IMG/VR virus record: IMGVR_UViG_3300013131_000024
Location: 1-64,000 of that record
From: a virus
Reading direction: 5' to 3' (one strand)
DNA length: 64,000 nt
Position 1 is the stretch's first letter, and each line of letters starts with the position of its first letter. This document shows positions 42,916 through 51,629 of the stretch, in pieces. Made by a program: the position numbers and the translations under genes. The notes under the pieces are model-generated. The model was not told the origin of the DNA. It worked only from the letters and a program-made list of their open reading frames with translations, and made no database searches.

Positions 42916-45082
42916 TAGAATTTGAAATTGACAGGGATAGATATCAAGAACAACGTGAAATAGTGCGTTGGTGTGAACAAAATTTTGGGTTAAGTAATTA
43001 TAATCCAACAGGCGACAGAAGTTGGCATTGGGACAGCATGTTTGGCAATACTTTTTTTTATTTTAAAAAAGAAAGGGATGCGATTTTGTTTTCGCTGAAA
43101 TGGTTATGATTAAAATCAGTTTTGATAAATTACAACTGAAAAATAAGAAAGAAATGATAAAATGGTGCGTCCAGCGATTTGGCCATAGCGAACCTGATCC
43201 AAAAGGATTGGTAGACTCTAAACGATGGACCTACGACGTCGTTGGTTCTCGAATGTTTTTCTTTTTTAATAATGATTATGATCATGTTCTTTTTGCTCTA
43301 AGATGGATGTAGATAATCGAACAATAATTAAGATATCTTTTGGCAAAGACAGATATCATGAACAAGAGGACATGATACGCTGGTGTCGAAAGAATCTCGG
43401 AACCGGCGGTTGGCAATGTTCTCTGGTCTTAGGTGATAATCGCTGGCGAGTCGATTCAATGTTTGGAAGTACCCAGTTCTGGTTTAAAGAAGAACGAGAT
43501 TATCTATTGTTTTGTCTGAGGTGGATGTGAGAGTACTTAAAAAATCAATATGGCCGCATCAGGTAAAACTTGAATCAAACAAATATCATCACGAGGATTA
43601 TTTCTTTGATCCTAGAAGTGTATGGATGGTTAGAACTAAGATGCGTAAAGTCCTGGGTTTTATGCCCCGAGAACATAGAGAATGGAATGAAGAACGAGGA
43701 TATCGCACAATGATGCATCTTGACTTCTATGATGAAAGTCAACGCACTATGTTTCTATTAAAATACGGTGATTTCATAGGCAAAGAAGATGACAACAGAT
43801 TATACTTATTACATGGTCATGCCCTGCGGCGGTATGGCCTATTATGATGAGCCCCGTTTCGGAATGAATTATTTTTGCGCACAGTGTGAGGCCGTGGTTG
43901 GTAGTGAGCATCAGCCGAAAAAATGCAAAAGAGAAGAGGCCAAATGGCAGTTAATGAAACTGCTAGGTGGCCGGGGTTGGGATTATTTTGCAGAACCAGA
44001 CGAGTTTTTTTGATGAAATTAGAACAAGAAATTGCCAACGAGTTAGCCAGTGGTATGCAGAGTGAAATGGATTTTCACATACTGTCAGACATGCTGGTAC
44101 AACTAGGATGGAAGAAAGTAGTTCTTACTAGATTTTTTAGCCGTAAACATTCTATTGACATTCTAATGTGGTGCGAAGAACATATCAAACATCCTTTTGA
44201 GCATAGAGGTACCACCTTTGTTTTTGAAAACAAAGGAGACGCTGTGAACTTTACATTAAAATGGACATAAAATATAAAATCGTAGGAGACAGAGTCGAAG
44301 AAGTTCGCGAAGTGACTGTTTATGAATTTAAAGTAGGCGATGTTGACGATCCGGAAATATACGCTGCCCAACCTATATGGGAATGGCAACAGAGTGAACG
44401 AGGACAATGGGTAATGAAAAATGCCTATGAAGTTCCTGTGTACTATCATCAGGCAGATTTTGCCGATATGGGGCATAAGTACGTTATAAGGGCAAAGTTT
44501 ATGGGACCAGCATTGACAGAATGGTTGTTAAAGTATGGCAAGTAAAGAATCTCCAAAATCATTTGCCAATATGGCCCATAAACAAGTAGGGGCAATTTTA
44601 TTGGAACACGAAAGATTGATGCAGATCCTTGAATCTTATCATGTGGTGAGATTGATCAAAGATGATGACTTTGCAGAAAAATTGACCTGGTGTATGGAGC
44701 ATTGCCAAAGTAAATTTCGAGACATAAAAGAATCTAGTTGTCGAGCTTGGTACTTTCAAAATGAACAAGACGCTACAATGTTTGCAATGCGCTGGGCATG
44801 AGATATAATCTTAAATATCAAATATGGGTTGATGAAATGACCGAACTACCCAATACCAAAATTTATTGGATAGATACTGCTAGGCGATATGCACTATCAG
44901 CGAGAATGCGGGTCGTTTCTGCAGATAATGAAAATCATTTTGTCACAGGACTCAGCGAAAAAGACATAGATCCAATACAACAATGGTGTGAAGAACACAA
45001 CTGCGGCCGCCGATTAAGTTTTGATACTTTTCAATTTAAAAATAAAAAAGAAATTACTATGTTTCTGCTGAGGTGGGGATGA
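42912..45082 (+). repeat. Tandem array of about 8 short related genes (WC...F.F..E.DA..F.L(K/R)W family)
   Basis: ORFs 42912-43109, 43106-43312, 43303-43530, 43512-43847, 44013-44270, 44261-44545, 44535-44801, 44798-45082 share the C-terminal motif to varying degrees. Confidence 0.7.
43789..44013 (+). CDS. Small Cys-containing protein
   Basis: PCGG, C..C, C. Confidence 0.55.
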   Translation: MTTDYTYYMVMPCGGMAYYDEPRFGMNYFCAQCEAVVGSEHQPKKCKREEAKWQLMKLLGGRGWDYFAEPDEFF

Positions 45083-45290
45083 TAGCCAAAATATTAATAT
45101 ATTGTTATATAATCTTTGTAGTTCCGCCACTAGCGATAATTATGGTAGGATTGGCCTATGGCGGTGTAGTAGAAATCTCTAAATCATTGACAAAACCTCA
45201 TTGACTTCTCAGGACATTGATGCTACAATAATATATCATCAACAGACCCAGCGATATGCAGAAAATTTCAAATCGATTGATCGCTCAAAA

Positions 45291-45761
45291 ATGAAACGAG
45301 AACTAGACGAGCTGCTGTGTGAACGCTATCCTAAGATTTTTAGAGATAGACACGCTCCCATGGCAGAAACTGCTATGTGTTGGGGATTTGAATGTGGAGA
45401 TGGTTGGTTTAACATCATCGATCAGCTCTGCTCAAATATCCAGCATCATATTGATTGGAAGCAAGAGCAGAAAGAAAAGTATGAACGTGGGGAGGGCTGC
45501 TCGCAGGTCATAGCCATGCAGGTCAAAGAAAAGTTTGGTACACTGCGTTTTTATACCAGTGGCGGTGACGATACTATCTATGGTATGATCCGTATGGCTG
45601 AAAGTATGAGTGCTGTTACCTGTGAAACCTGCGGTAGTCCTGGTCAGATACGTGGACGAGGCTGGATGTATACTGCCTGCGATGCACACGCCAAAGATGA
45701 AGATCTTATCGACGAAGATCAACGCCAACAAGAAATGAAACAGTCAGGGTTAGAAGAATGA
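45291..45761 (+). CDS. Conserved phage protein
   Basis: CGDGW, QVKEKFGTLRFY, CETCG.PG. Confidence 0.75.
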   Translation: MKRELDELLCERYPKIFRDRHAPMAETAMCWGFECGDGWFNIIDQLCSNIQHHIDWKQEQKEKYERGEGCSQVIAMQVKEKFGTLRFYTSGGDDTIYGMIRMAESMSAVTCETCGSPGQIRGRGWMYTACDAHAKDEDLIDEDQRQQEMKQSGLEE

Positions 45762-46729
45762 ACGAACGAATCCGAGAACTTGCTGAACAGGCTGAATGGC
45801 GTTTTGCTGACCGAGCAACAGGGGAATTTTCTGAATATGATAATCGATTGAAAAAGTTCGCCGAGTTGATTGTTAATGAATGTCTTGAAGTGATTGACAG
45901 CAGAAATAGGAAGCAGTTTCATCCAACTTCTATCTGCGGTGAACTATTGTACAATGTTGCAAAAGATGTGAAACAACATTTCGGAGTTGAAGAATGAACA
46001 AACGATTACTACGCTTATTCAATGAAGCAGGATTCCATCAGCCAGAAATGGAACGATTGGGAATTGAAGACAAGTTTGAAAAATTCACCGAGTTGATTGT
46101 CAGGGAATGTATGGCAATTAACAAAGTAGAAACAATAGCCTTGGATCTACCCGATTACAATTTAGGTGTGATAGAAGGCTACAGGAGAGCCAGAGAAAAT
46201 ATCAGTATACATTTTGGAGTTGAAGAATGAACGAACGATTCAAGCAAATAGCCCAAGAAGTGTTTTTCGACGAATCCACTACCGGTAAGCCTGGCCAAAA
46301 GATGTATATTTTTGGTGAACTCAAGATGCAAAAGTTCGCCGAGTTGATTGTTAATGAATGTCTTGAAATCGTAGAAGATGAAGACGATGGTAGTCAGGAT
46401 ACTTTAGCAGTCCGTTGGGCCATGCACAGAATCCGTAAACATTTCGGAGTTGAAGAATGAATGAACGATTAAAAAAACTAATGCGGGATCATGGCGTACA
46501 CAAATACATCAGCGAGGAATGCCAAAGTCGTATTGAGTTGGTCACTAAGTTAGTAGTAGAAGAGTGCGCTCAATTATGCATGAGTCAAGCTGATCGTAGG
46601 AACATTCGAGCTGCATTTGACCTACCCGTTGAAAGTAATGTGAAGTATCCTAGTCCTGAAGATCACGGCAGTATAACTTCACAGTACGAAAGAAAATATA
46701 ATATACCACAAGCAGGAGAAGTAAATTGA
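45758..46729 (+). repeat. Four tandem MNER...KFAELIV.EC...HFGVEE paralogs
   Basis: ORFs 45758-45997, 45994-46230, 46227-46460, 46457-46729 with conserved DNA junctions. Confidence 0.85.
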
Positions 46730-47130
46730 AAATCGGTTTTAGTCTAGGTCGTTGTGTTCGCGATATCGTCAATGGTGAAGTCAGCATAGATGACGTGGCT
46801 TTTATTATCACTGCTACCAGTATTCACGATCGCGAACATATTGATCGTGTTATAGATGTTTACATTACAGAACCCAATTATCTCTTAGGCTTAGATTATA
46901 ATAAGTGTCTAGAAACTGCACAGGACCTGTGGGATAGTAATCGTTTGTTGCAGCCACGCAAACAAGGCCTGCATAGACACATGCAACCTGAGAACGCTGT
47001 CTGGGTTGACATCTTTCCCACGGCACTGAGCAATAACGAATCAGTTAAGAAATCGTGGGATGCATATAGATTTATGCTACATATGGTAGAGAACGTGGAT
47101 AATGAAGCCACAGAAGTTTTTAAAACATAG
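46726..47130 (+). CDS. Hypothetical protein
   Basis: 134 aa. Confidence 0.6.
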   Translation: MKIGFSLGRCVRDIVNGEVSIDDVAFIITATSIHDREHIDRVIDVYITEPNYLLGLDYNKCLETAQDLWDSNRLLQPRKQGLHRHMQPENAVWVDIFPTALSNNESVKKSWDAYRFMLHMVENVDNEATEVFKT

Positions 47131-47138
47131 GAGGCAGT

Positions 47139-47327
47139 ATGGATATAAAAAATGGTTCGAGATGGGTGGGCACAGAAGGCAGGGTTTTCGTAGTAATTAA
47201 TAGAACAAACTTAGAAGGTAAAGATTGGATCTATTATAGATCAGAACAACCTGTAGATCATTTACCCGAAGAATTCAGCTGTTATGAAGAAAGTTTTCTT
47301 GGCAGATTTACACTTTTGCCAGAATGA
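47139..47327 (+). CDS. Hypothetical protein
   Basis: GGAGG RBS, 62 aa. Confidence 0.55.
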   Translation: MDIKNGSRWVGTEGRVFVVINRTNLEGKDWIYYRSEQPVDHLPEEFSCYEESFLGRFTLLPE

Positions 47328-47602
47328 TAAATCTAAGATTAGAAATCCTAAATCCCTGGAGCCGAGATAGATTTAAAAATCTAGGCTCTGTTTCTGGAAA
47401 AATCACTCAAAATAAAAGTTGGGAGTTAGAACATACATTCTGCGATAGTGTAATTTTTGACATAGAATTTAAATTTACAACCAAACAGGATCATGCTGGG
47501 TTAGAGTTAGTTTTTGGCATTTTAGGCTACGAAGTTCATTTTAGGATATGCGATAACAGGCATTGGGACTATGAAAACGATCGCTGGGCAGTGTATAATT
47601 AA
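47324..47602 (+). CDS. Hypothetical protein
   Basis: 92 aa. Confidence 0.55.
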   Translation: MINLRLEILNPWSRDRFKNLGSVSGKITQNKSWELEHTFCDSVIFDIEFKFTTKQDHAGLELVFGILGYEVHFRICDNRHWDYENDRWAVYN

Positions 47603-47655
47603 CATATACTATAATTTCAGAGATGATAAGTAATAGTGAATCCAAAGGAGCTGCT

Positions 47656-48225
47656 GTGTCCAAAAAGTTCGACGATTTTAATGCCGAAGATCGCATCGAC
47701 ATCAAATTACTGGAAAATTCCATACATTTTCTCACAGGTGAAATAGACCAAGAATCTGTGGATAAATGCATCAAATGGATAACCTACGAAAATTTAGATA
47801 CTCGATCAGAAAAAATTCTTACTCTTTACATCAATTCCACAGGCGGAGATTTGTATTCTGCTTTTGCCTTGATTGATGTAATGAAAAACAGTGAACATCC
47901 TGTTAGAACTATCGCTATAGGTGCTGTGATGAGTGCGGCATTTTTGATCGCAGCATCAGGTACCAAAGGACAGAGATTCGCTGCTCGCAATGTCAGTTAT
48001 ATGTGCCACCAATTTACGGAAAATGTTGATGCCAAATATCATGATATTAAGGCCGCGATGAAAGGTAATGAAATGTGTAATGATATGATGGTTGCTGTAT
48101 TGAAGGAAGCTACGGGGTTAGCACCTAGCATTATCAAGAAAAAACTACTGCCCGCCAGTGATGTGTATCTAACTGCTGATGAAGCTGTAGAATTAAAGAT
48201 CGCTGACAATATTTTAGAAAGATAA
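47656..48225 (+). CDS. ClpP-like protease subunit
   Basis: LYINS.GG, MSAA (catalytic Ser), MCHQ, D.YLTA.EA; GTG start with AAGGAG RBS. Confidence 0.88.
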   Translation: MSKKFDDFNAEDRIDIKLLENSIHFLTGEIDQESVDKCIKWITYENLDTRSEKILTLYINSTGGDLYSAFALIDVMKNSEHPVRTIAIGAVMSAAFLIAASGTKGQRFAARNVSYMCHQFTENVDAKYHDIKAAMKGNEMCNDMMVAVLKEATGLAPSIIKKKLLPASDVYLTADEAVELKIADNILER

Positions 48226-48227
48226 AC

Positions 48228-48473
48228 ATGAGCAAAGTAATAGCCATAGACGGCAAAGCTAAAAAGGATCAAGAGCGGAAAGAATCTATGTTAGAAGTAT
48301 TGAAAGTCATAGAACAGCAGATAGAAGAAGGCAATATCAAAGAGTTCGTGGCCTGCTCTATGAACGAAGATGGCAAAGCGCAGGTGCATGCTAGCTGCTT
48401 AGATCTCGTAGGCGGCGTGGGCATGTTTGAAGTTGGCAAGCACTTACTGATCGAAAGCGACAGAATGTTGTAA
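48228..48473 (+). CDS. Hypothetical protein
   Basis: 81 aa. Confidence 0.6.
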   Translation: MSKVIAIDGKAKKDQERKESMLEVLKVIEQQIEEGNIKEFVACSMNEDGKAQVHASCLDLVGGVGMFEVGKHLLIESDRML

Positions 48474-48502
48474 AAATGCCACATTATATGGGCATTTTTT
48501 CA

Positions 48503-48531
48503 TTGACAAATAAATAAACAGACAATACAAT
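48503..48531 (+). promoter_or_regulatory. Sigma70-type promoter
   Basis: TTGACA-17-TACAAT. Confidence 0.7.
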
Positions 48532-48600
48532 AGATACATGGTTAGTTGATGTTGTTGAAAAAGCAACAGCTCTTAATTTTTCCAAAAAGAAAAATAGGGG

Positions 48601-48629
48601 TTGACAACAGAACTAAATATTTGTATACT
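48601..48629 (+). promoter_or_regulatory. Sigma70-type promoter for the leader/tRNA operon
   Basis: TTGACA-17-TATACT. Confidence 0.8.
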
Positions 48630-48680
48630 TAGATCATGCGTTGGAAATAGCGCAGAAATTTTAAAGGAAAAACAAAGCAA

Positions 48681-48821
48681 ATGAAAACAGTAGGATCGTT
48701 ATCAAGACATTATTGTATAGCCAAACAGGTAGGCATGCCCACCTCTTGGTCTGCGATTAGTCTGTTCAATAATGATCGTACACCAGAGCTATGTCAGGGG
48801 TCCATGGAGACGATGAGTTAA
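48681..48821 (+). CDS. Candidate attenuator leader peptide containing all 20 amino acids
   Basis: MKTVGSLSRHYCIAKQVGMPTSWSAISLFNNDRTPELCQGSMETMS*; AAGGA upstream; overlaps the antiterminator arm. Confidence 0.75.
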   Translation: MKTVGSLSRHYCIAKQVGMPTSWSAISLFNNDRTPELCQGSMETMS

Positions 48822-48883
48822 CGTAAAAATAACTCAAACTTCAAAAGGACCCCAGGACTAAACACCCTGGGGTTTTTGTTTTT
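48797..48883 (+). promoter_or_regulatory. Attenuator with antiterminator/terminator pair
   Basis: GGGGTCC (48797-48803) pairs with GGACCCC (48847-48853), competing with the terminator CCCCAGG/CCTGGGG-TTTTTGTTTTT. Confidence 0.8.
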
Positions 48884-48895
48884 ATAAGGAGAACT

Positions 48896-49072
48896 ATGCA
48901 GTATAATGAAATTGAATTTGATAAGTTGAGTAAGAGAATCGTTGAACAGGCTTACGCTTCTGCTGGTCAGGTACTAGACGAAGAGCAGAAACGCAAACTT
49001 ATTCAAGATAAGTTTGACCGAGCCCGTGCCATGCACGAAGCTCAACAGAAGAGTCCAATCTACGAAGATTAA
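48896..49072 (+). CDS. 58-aa hypothetical protein, first gene after the attenuator
   Basis: AAGGAG RBS; MQYNEIEFDKLSKRIVEQAY...KSPIYED. Confidence 0.7.
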   Translation: MQYNEIEFDKLSKRIVEQAYASAGQVLDEEQKRKLIQDKFDRARAMHEAQQKSPIYED

Positions 49073-49079
49073 GACTCGA

Positions 49080-49301
49080 GTGTGGATGGGAAACGAGGTC
49101 CCAGCGACACACTGTAATAAAAACGTAAACGGGCGGCCTAGTGGATGGAATCCCTCTTGTGGGACTAAAAATACTAGCGTAATTAAGCATTCCCCATTCG
49201 CCCTGCGACGGCGTCTAAAATCATAGAGGAGAATGCTTAATTACACACTCTCCTACTCCATTTGACAAGGAGGACAGGTTGACATAGTCTACGGAGAGTG
49301 T
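49080..49301 (+). ncRNA. Unknown structured RNA(s)
   Basis: 14-bp perfect stem 49179-49192/49231-49244, 9-bp stem 49245-49253/49293-49301 and nested hairpins. Confidence 0.5.
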
Positions 49302-49307
49302 TATAAT
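49279..49307 (+). promoter_or_regulatory. Sigma70-type promoter just before tRNA-Tyr
   Basis: TTGACA-17-TATAAT. Confidence 0.65.
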
Positions 49308-49315
49308 ATGTCTTT

Positions 49316-49402
49316 GGAGGTGTGTGCCGAGCGGCGAAGGCAAGTGACTGTAAATCACCCACATCAGAAACACCGTAGGTTCGATTCCTACCGCCTCCAC
49401 CA
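49316..49402 (+). tRNA. tRNA-Tyr(GTA)
   Basis: Cloverleaf, loop CTGTAAA, CCA. Confidence 0.93.
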
Positions 49403-49408
49403 AAATTT

Positions 49409-49483
49409 GGTCCTATAGTTTATCGGTTAGAATAATGGCCTGTCACGCCGTAGGGACGAGTTCGATTCTCGTTGGGACCGCCA
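49409..49483 (+). tRNA. tRNA-Asp(GTC)
   Basis: Loop CTGTCAC, GCCA end. Confidence 0.95.
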
Positions 49484-49492
49484 AAGTTTTAT

Positions 49493-49570
49493 TCCGGGAT
49501 ACCGTTCTAGGTGAGGCGGGTCTGACTGTTAATCAGAAATAGATTGGTTCGAATCCAATTCCCGGAGCCA
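49493..49570 (+). tRNA. tRNA-Asn(GTT)
   Basis: Loop CTGTTAA, GCCA end. Confidence 0.92.
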
Positions 49571-49623
49571 TTTGAAAGGTAGAGTGATAAATAAATATGT
49601 AAAATATTTTAAGGCTCTACCAT

Positions 49624-50067
49624 ATGAATTATAAGGGAACAAAAGACAAGACTTATGTCTGTCAGCATTGTAAAACAGAGTTTGGTTTTAAAGGTTATAG
49701 TAGCAATCATAAATTTTGCAGTTTAGATTGTTCTTATGCTTATCAATCAGCTCGAAAAGAAAGTTTAAAAGAGCATCGATATCAAAAATGGTTATCCGGA
49801 AAAGATATTGGTGTTAAAAATCCTCGTAAATTAATTAGAGATTTTTTAATTATACGCGATGGATATAGATGTAGTTGTTGTGGAATTGATAGTTGGAATG
49901 GTAAAGAAATAACACTCTGGACAGATCATATCGACGGAGATGCTACTAATAATCACCCAACTAACTTTAGATTAATCTGTCCTAACTGCGATAGCCAATC
50001 AGATACGTTTGGCGGCAAAAATTACGGTAAAGGAAGAAAATCTAGAGGTTTACCACAATATGGTTAA
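49624..50067 (+). CDS. HNH endonuclease
   Basis: C..C, DHIDG...NN...N.RLICPNC. Confidence 0.88.
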   Translation: MNYKGTKDKTYVCQHCKTEFGFKGYSSNHKFCSLDCSYAYQSARKESLKEHRYQKWLSGKDIGVKNPRKLIRDFLIIRDGYRCSCCGIDSWNGKEITLWTDHIDGDATNNHPTNFRLICPNCDSQSDTFGGKNYGKGRKSRGLPQYG

Positions 50068-50078
50068 GTAAAATTAAT

Positions 50079-50153
50079 GCACCGTTCGTCTATCGGTTAG
50101 GACACCCGCCTTTCACGCAGGTAAGAGGAGTTCGATTCTCCTACGGTGTACCA
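50079..50153 (+). tRNA. tRNA-Glu(TTC)
   Basis: Loop CTTTCAC. Confidence 0.93.
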
Positions 50154-50160
50154 GTTTTAT

Positions 50161-50236
50161 GCGGCATTAGTACAGTTGGTAGTACATCTGCTTGCCAAGC
50201 AGAAGGTCACCAGTTCGAGCCTGGTATGCCGCTCCA
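50161..50236 (+). tRNA. tRNA-Gly(GCC)
   Basis: Loop TTGCCAA, TCCA end. Confidence 0.95.
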
Positions 50237-50244
50237 AAGTTTTT

Positions 50245-50343
50245 GCCTCTGTAGCTTAATGGTAAAGAAGGGAGCTTATACCTCCCCAAAGCACAGGCCA
50301 GATAAGCCTGAGTGTGCAGGTTCGAGTCCTGCCAGAGGCACCA
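50245..50343 (+). tRNA. tRNA-Ile(TAT) with long variable arm
   Basis: GGGAG-CTTATAC-CTCCC; about 29-nt variable region; 99 nt. Confidence 0.85.
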
Positions 50344-50349
50344 GTTAAT

Positions 50350-50426
50350 GGCTCCGTAGTTCAGTCCGGCAGAACGTTGGTCTCCAAAACCAAATGTCGG
50401 TGGTTCAAATCCATCCGGGGTCGCCA
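50350..50426 (+). tRNA. tRNA-Trp(CCA)
   Basis: Loop CTCCAAA. Confidence 0.95.
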
Positions 50427-50432
50427 AATGAT

Positions 50433-50509
50433 GTGAGGGTGCCAGAGAGGCCTAATGGCGCAGTCTGCAAAACTGTTGTTCGTCGGTTCGAATCCGACTC
50501 CTCACTCCA
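50433..50509 (+). tRNA. tRNA-Cys(GCA)
   Basis: Loop CTGCAAA, U73. Confidence 0.93.
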
Positions 50510-50513
50510 GAAT

Positions 50514-50594
50514 GCCCCTATGGCCAAATTGGTAAAGGCGGCTCTCTCAAAAGGAGTGTCATAACTATCGGTTCGAATCCGATTAGGGGCACCA
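50514..50594 (+). tRNA. tRNA-Leu(CAA)
   Basis: Loop CTCAAAA. Confidence 0.9.
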
Positions 50595-50602
50595 AAGATT
50601 AT

Positions 50603-50692
50603 GGAAGTGTGGCAGAGCCCGGCTTAATGCACCTGTCTTGAAAACAGACGATCCGAAAGGGTCCGTGAGTTCGAATCTCACCGCTTCCACCA
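50603..50692 (+). tRNA. tRNA-Ser(TGA)
   Basis: Loop CTTGAAA, long variable arm. Confidence 0.95.
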
Positions 50693-50696
50693 AATT

Positions 50697-50770
50697 GCCC
50701 GGATAGTTAAATGGTATAACGGTCGCTTGATAAGCGATTATTCCAAGTTCAATTCTTGGTCTGGGCACCA
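50697..50770 (+). tRNA. tRNA-Ile(GAT)
   Basis: Loop TTGATAA. Confidence 0.93.
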
Positions 50771-50904
50771 ACCTTAAGGAGAACGCAAAATGGGGCGGTC
50801 GCAGTTTTACTCTTGCTGGTAGTATTGATATATTATATTGACAAAAATTTAAAATAGGAGAATGTTATGGAAAGTGATAAATCTGACAAAGGTCCCAAAC
50901 CTTT

Positions 50905-50979
50905 GGGGGTGTGGTGAAATGGTATCACAGCAGACTTTTAATCTGCCAATTTCGGGTTCGAGTCCCGGCGCCCCTACCA
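50905..50979 (+). tRNA. tRNA-Lys(TTT)
   Basis: Loop CTTTTAA. Confidence 0.95.
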
Positions 50980-51045
50980 TATAAAAACACATTCTCTGCT
51001 GGGCATGAATCAGATTCTCTAGCGGGTATGAATGTGTTTCTATAT

Positions 51046-51120
51046 GGTAATGTAGCATAACGGTAGTGCAGCACCTTCATACGGTGCCCAGTGAAAGTTC
51101 GACTCTTTCCATTACCACCA
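51046..51120 (+). tRNA. tRNA-Met(CAT), elongator type
   Basis: Loop TTCATAC, paired 1:72. Confidence 0.88.
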
Positions 51121-51135
51121 GGATTAAATAAGTGT

Positions 51136-51381
51136 ATGAAAGAGCTACTGAAAAATCTGCCGCAGCTATTGGCTGCGATGCCAGAGCTAGTAAAGTACTT
51201 AAAATACATTCCAATCCTCATGATCCTCGCGGGCCTTGGCTACGGAGTAGTCTACTTCGTCCAGAATCGCAAGGATCCATATCAATGCGTTAACAATCAC
51301 GTCTTTGAACAGTTGAGATTAGACAGCGATGTCTATGTGTTCAAAGGCGGAACTTGTATCGATGCCAAAGATTTAAAATAA
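51136..51381 (+). CDS. Small membrane protein
   Basis: One TM helix; TTAAATA upstream. Confidence 0.6.
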   Translation: MKELLKNLPQLLAAMPELVKYLKYIPILMILAGLGYGVVYFVQNRKDPYQCVNNHVFEQLRLDSDVYVFKGGTCIDAKDLK

Positions 51382-51386
51382 ACTGT

Positions 51387-51460
51387 TGGGGTGTAGTGTA
51401 ATGGTAACACCACAGACTTTGACTCTGTAATTCTAGGTTCGAGCCCTAGCACCCCTGCCA
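51387..51460 (+). tRNA. tRNA-Gln(TTG)
   Basis: Loop CTTTGAC. Confidence 0.94.
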
Positions 51461-51461
51461 T

Positions 51462-51535
51462 GCTCTTATAGTTAAATGGCAGAACACATCCTTGGTAAGG
51501 ATGCGATACAAGTTCGATTCTTGTTAGGAGCACCA
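51462..51535 (+). tRNA. tRNA-Thr(GGT)
   Basis: Loop TTGGTAA. Confidence 0.94.
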
Positions 51536-51539
51536 TATT

Positions 51540-51614
51540 CGGCCTGTAGCTCAGTGGAAGAGTTCTGGTCTTCGAAACCAGCAGTCGGGAGTTCGAATCT
51601 CTCCAGGCCGGCCA
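51540..51614 (+). tRNA. tRNA-Arg(TCG)
   Basis: Loop CTTCGAA. Confidence 0.9.
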
Positions 51615-51629
51615 TTTAAGGAGAAAACT

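Noticed and set aside
45749-46470. CRISPR array
   Set aside because: The repeats are in-frame gene junctions about 230 nt apart, and no cas genes are present.
50285-50315. Intron in tRNA-Ile(TAT)
   Set aside because: The extra sequence sits at the variable-arm position and folds as a hairpin; it is too short for a self-splicing intron.
50167-51536. Minus-strand ORFs across the tRNA array
   Set aside because: They are antisense translations of tRNA genes.
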